39,432 bases of DNA from Candidatus Woesearchaeota archaeon (GTDB lineage Archaea > Nanobdellota > Nanobdellia > Woesearchaeales > JAZDKJ01): NCBI GenBank assembly GCA_043803105.1, contig JAZDKJ010000003.1, positions 1 through 39,432 on the forward strand. Reading direction: 5' to 3'. Shown piece after piece: positions 37,297 through 39,432 of this stretch. The notes beneath the pieces were generated by a model, which saw only the letters and a program-made list of their open reading frames with translations, was not told the origin of the DNA and made no database searches. Numbering within the stretch: position 1 is the stretch's first letter; each line of letters begins with the position of its first letter. Made by a program: the position numbers and the translations under genes.

Positions 37297-37579
37297 AATA
37301 ATTCCCCCTAACCTAAGATATTCGAATTCTCAATACTATATATAAGGATTGCGCTTGGCAGGACGTAATCTGGTGAGGAAAAATGACTAGATCCGCTATC
37401 AGCGGTGCATAAAAACCAGTTCGGCCTCCAATACAAAGTTTTATATAGAAAACAGGATTCTTTAGAACCAAGATATTCTAGTAAGATATCTATTGCTTAT
37501 CATTGCAAGGATTCGGGTTTTCTCGTCTGGGGTTGATTTGAATTCTTGATTTATCGGAGAACAAAAAGGAGAAATTCGC

Positions 37580-37738
37580 ATGAACCTCTGTAAAAAATGT
37601 CAAGGACGCAGGATAAAAACAAGGAAGAACAACTCGTATGGCAAAATGTATTCAACGCCAATTGAATGCAAAGACTGCGGCTCAACCGAATTCATAAACC
37701 TTGACAAGAAAGATAAATGGAGTAATAGAAGAAGATAG
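37580..37738 (+). CDS. 52-aa basic Zn-ribbon microprotein
   Basis: MNLCKKCQGRRIKTRKNNSYGKMYSTPIECKDCGSTEFINLDKKDKWSNRRR, with an AGGAG SD and two CxxC pairs. Confidence 0.75.
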   Translation: MNLCKKCQGRRIKTRKNNSYGKMYSTPIECKDCGSTEFINLDKKDKWSNRRR

Positions 37739-37893
37739 AGCAAGGCTCTGTTTCTGTTGTCTTGGTATATTGTATTAATTGTATAGTAATCACAAATAGG
37801 ATAACTTCTATTTTATGAGGAATACGGCAGCTGTATGCAATTCTTTCCCCGAGTCTCCACGCCGCAGTCTTAATATATCACTTGGGCTCAGGC

Positions 37894-37927
37894 GCCGCCG
37901 CTTGGTGGAAACCGAGTGGAGGCACCC
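37894..37927 (+). other. tRNA 3'-half / minihelix-like hairpin (possible att remnant)
   Basis: GCCGCCG-CTTGG-TGGAAA-CCGAG-TGGAGGC-A-CC: acceptor-like plus T-like stems and a discriminator A, just upstream of an integrase-like fragment. Confidence 0.4.
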
Positions 37928-37945
37928 AAATTGGCAAAAGAATAT

Positions 37946-38162
37946 ATGGTAGACTTTGATAAGTATATAAAGAAGGAACAGGACTTGGAGAAGTCCAAAA
38001 CAATATCAGAGCAAAACAAGAAAGACATTAAGTGGCAATTAGTGGCGGATGGGGTGCTTAGCGAGGATAGATAACTTCATCCCATTATGTCGCAGTCTTG
38101 ATAAAAATTCAAAGAAAAAATTCAGAGAGCTAATCAAAGCCTATAAGAACCCAAAGCCTTAA
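37946..38162 (+). pseudogene. Probable N-terminal remnant of an archaeal tyrosine integrase
   Basis: MVDFDKYIKKEQDLEKSKTISEQNKKDIKWQLVADGVLS, then a frameshift to RIDNFIPLCRSLDKNSKKKFREL. Resembles the IS..NK..I...GLS..RI N-terminus of archaeal integrases; no catalytic domain. Confidence 0.45.
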
Positions 38163-38165
38163 ATA

Positions 38166-38205
38166 AATCCTAATAATAGGATTGAATAAACCTAAAAAAA
38201 GGATT
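38166..38205. promoter_or_regulatory. Tandem inverted-repeat operators of the TA operon
   Basis: AATCCTA-ataa-TAGGATT (38166-38183) and AAACCTA-aaaa-AAGGATT (38188-38205), 22 bp apart. Confidence 0.65.
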
Positions 38206-38208
38206 AAA

Positions 38209-38841
38209 ATGCTGAAGAAAGAATACGAACTGCTCGTGCCCTTTATTAGAAAACCCTGGAAAAAATTCGCATTCAAAGAGATAAAAAAGTCCACAAACAA
38301 AACTTCGGAGAGCTATGTCTATAACGGCCTAAAGAGATTTGTCAGGCAGGGCATATTAAAAGAAGAAAGGGCAGGCAATGTGATCCTATATTTCTTGTTC
38401 CTAGGCCAAATTAAAACGCAGGTGTATGTCGGTTTTGCTGCAGAGCACGTGGCGTGGGGCAAAAAGCACATTCCTTTCGATAACGTCGAAAAAATTGCAG
38501 AACAGATACCAACAACATTTTATATCCTTATCATAACAGGAAGTTACGCAAAAAACAAGCAGACACTAAAGTCAGATATTGATATGGTGATCATTGTTGA
38601 TGATGCTATTGAAACCAAAAAGGTGTATGCTGCTCTTCAACTGAAGTGTGAAATGAATATCCCGCCAATACACCCGTATGTTTTCAAAAGAGAAGAATTC
38701 CTTCAGATGCTGCTTAACAAAGAAGCAAATTACGGCAAGGCAATTGCGCTCGATAATCTTATCCTCTATGGGGGGGCAGAATATCTCAAAATGATGGATG
38801 AGGCGATACAAAATGGATTTAATGATAAAAACCTATCTTGA
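38209..38841 (+). CDS. wHTH-fused minimal nucleotidyltransferase (MNT antitoxin)
   Basis: N-terminal HTH, then TGSYAK...SDIDM (GS...DxD). Overlaps the HEPN gene. Confidence 0.88.
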   Translation: MLKKEYELLVPFIRKPWKKFAFKEIKKSTNKTSESYVYNGLKRFVRQGILKEERAGNVILYFLFLGQIKTQVYVGFAAEHVAWGKKHIPFDNVEKIAEQIPTTFYILIITGSYAKNKQTLKSDIDMVIIVDDAIETKKVYAALQLKCEMNIPPIHPYVFKREEFLQMLLNKEANYGKAIALDNLILYGGAEYLKMMDEAIQNGFNDKNLS

Positions 38842-39334
38842 AAGGGCAGAAAACGAACTAGCCTTAGCATTACTGTTGCTCAGAATTTCTCAGGAAGAGG
38901 AGATAAAGGCATATTTATGCATTGATGAACAACTAACCTTCTTTAGCTCTGTAATTTCCCATTCCTATTATGCTATCTTTTATTCGACAAAGGCACTCTT
39001 GCTCACAAAACAGATCACGACCAGCTCACCCGACATACATAAAAAGACCTTTGATTGCTTCAAAAATGAATTTGTTGACACCGGTATTTTGGATGTCAGG
39101 CTATTGCAGATATACCAGAAGCTCGTTATCAGGGCAGATGAGCTACTCGAGATATTCAAAGATGAGAAATGGAAAAGGGGCAATTTTACCTACAACACCA
39201 TCCCACAGGCAAACCAAGAGCCAGCGAAAGACTCGGCGGGAAATGCCAAGACCTTTGTCTCAAACATCATCAAGGTTATTGGGAAAAGCAATAAATCCAA
39301 AGACACAGGCAAAAAAGAACAGGGACTAACATAG
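38813..39334 (+). CDS. HEPN domain protein (toxin partner of MNT)
   Basis: YLERAENEL, SYYAIFYSTKALL, H...F, RGNFTY and A..F. Confidence 0.88.
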   Translation: MDLMIKTYLERAENELALALLLLRISQEEEIKAYLCIDEQLTFFSSVISHSYYAIFYSTKALLLTKQITTSSPDIHKKTFDCFKNEFVDTGILDVRLLQIYQKLVIRADELLEIFKDEKWKRGNFTYNTIPQANQEPAKDSAGNAKTFVSNIIKVIGKSNKSKDTGKKEQGLT

Positions 39335-39432
39335 GTCTCTCAATATTTCTTCTGAAATCGTCACAACCTGGTTAGTGACACAACCTCCCCAATATTTTCC
39401 GTGTTTTATAATAACCATTCAGCCATAATCTT

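Noticed and set aside
37881-37930. SRP RNA helix 8 (GGAA tetraloop)
   Set aside because: The CAGG/AGCA internal loop is not positioned around the tetraloop stem, and the rest of an archaeal SRP fold is missing.
451-39329. Numerous 60-170 aa antisense or overlapping ORFs in the track
   Set aside because: They are shadows of confidently identified genes and carry no motifs of their own.
1-39432. CRISPR array, rRNA, intact tRNA, IS element
   Set aside because: No regularly spaced repeats, complete cloverleaf, rRNA-like tract or transposase seen.

Overview
Archaeal chromosomal segment, most likely from a DPANN archaeon (Woesearchaeota-like), inferred from the gene set, the leaderless TATA promoters and a KKGQ-type surface protein. 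It starts at a probable replication origin (AT-rich tract plus an ORB-like box upstream of cdc6/orc1). A replication and information-processing cluster follows: Cdc6, PolD DP1 and DP2, a DUF424 pseudogene, aIF2-beta, RPA32-like, MCM, TBP, RNase J and PCNA. This cluster is interrupted at about 8.7-16.1 kb by an envelope island: two Cys-rich surface proteins, a CCGGCC membrane protein, a bacterial-type Lgt homolog, a B12-radical SAM enzyme, and an unannotated 26-aa lipobox micropeptide with its own TATA box (the best candidate for a new system). A second near-identical ORB-like box lies between tbp and rnj. Further right are a SelO/kinase-fold-like protein, two Nudix proteins, the queuosine genes queH and queA, two more B12-radical SAM enzymes and a six-gene surface-glycan operon with atypical active-site residues. 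The window ends with a Zn-ribbon microprotein, a tRNA-3'-like hairpin, an integrase-like remnant and an MNT-HEPN toxin-antitoxin pair with tandem operators. All calls are by motif recognition; no searches were run.
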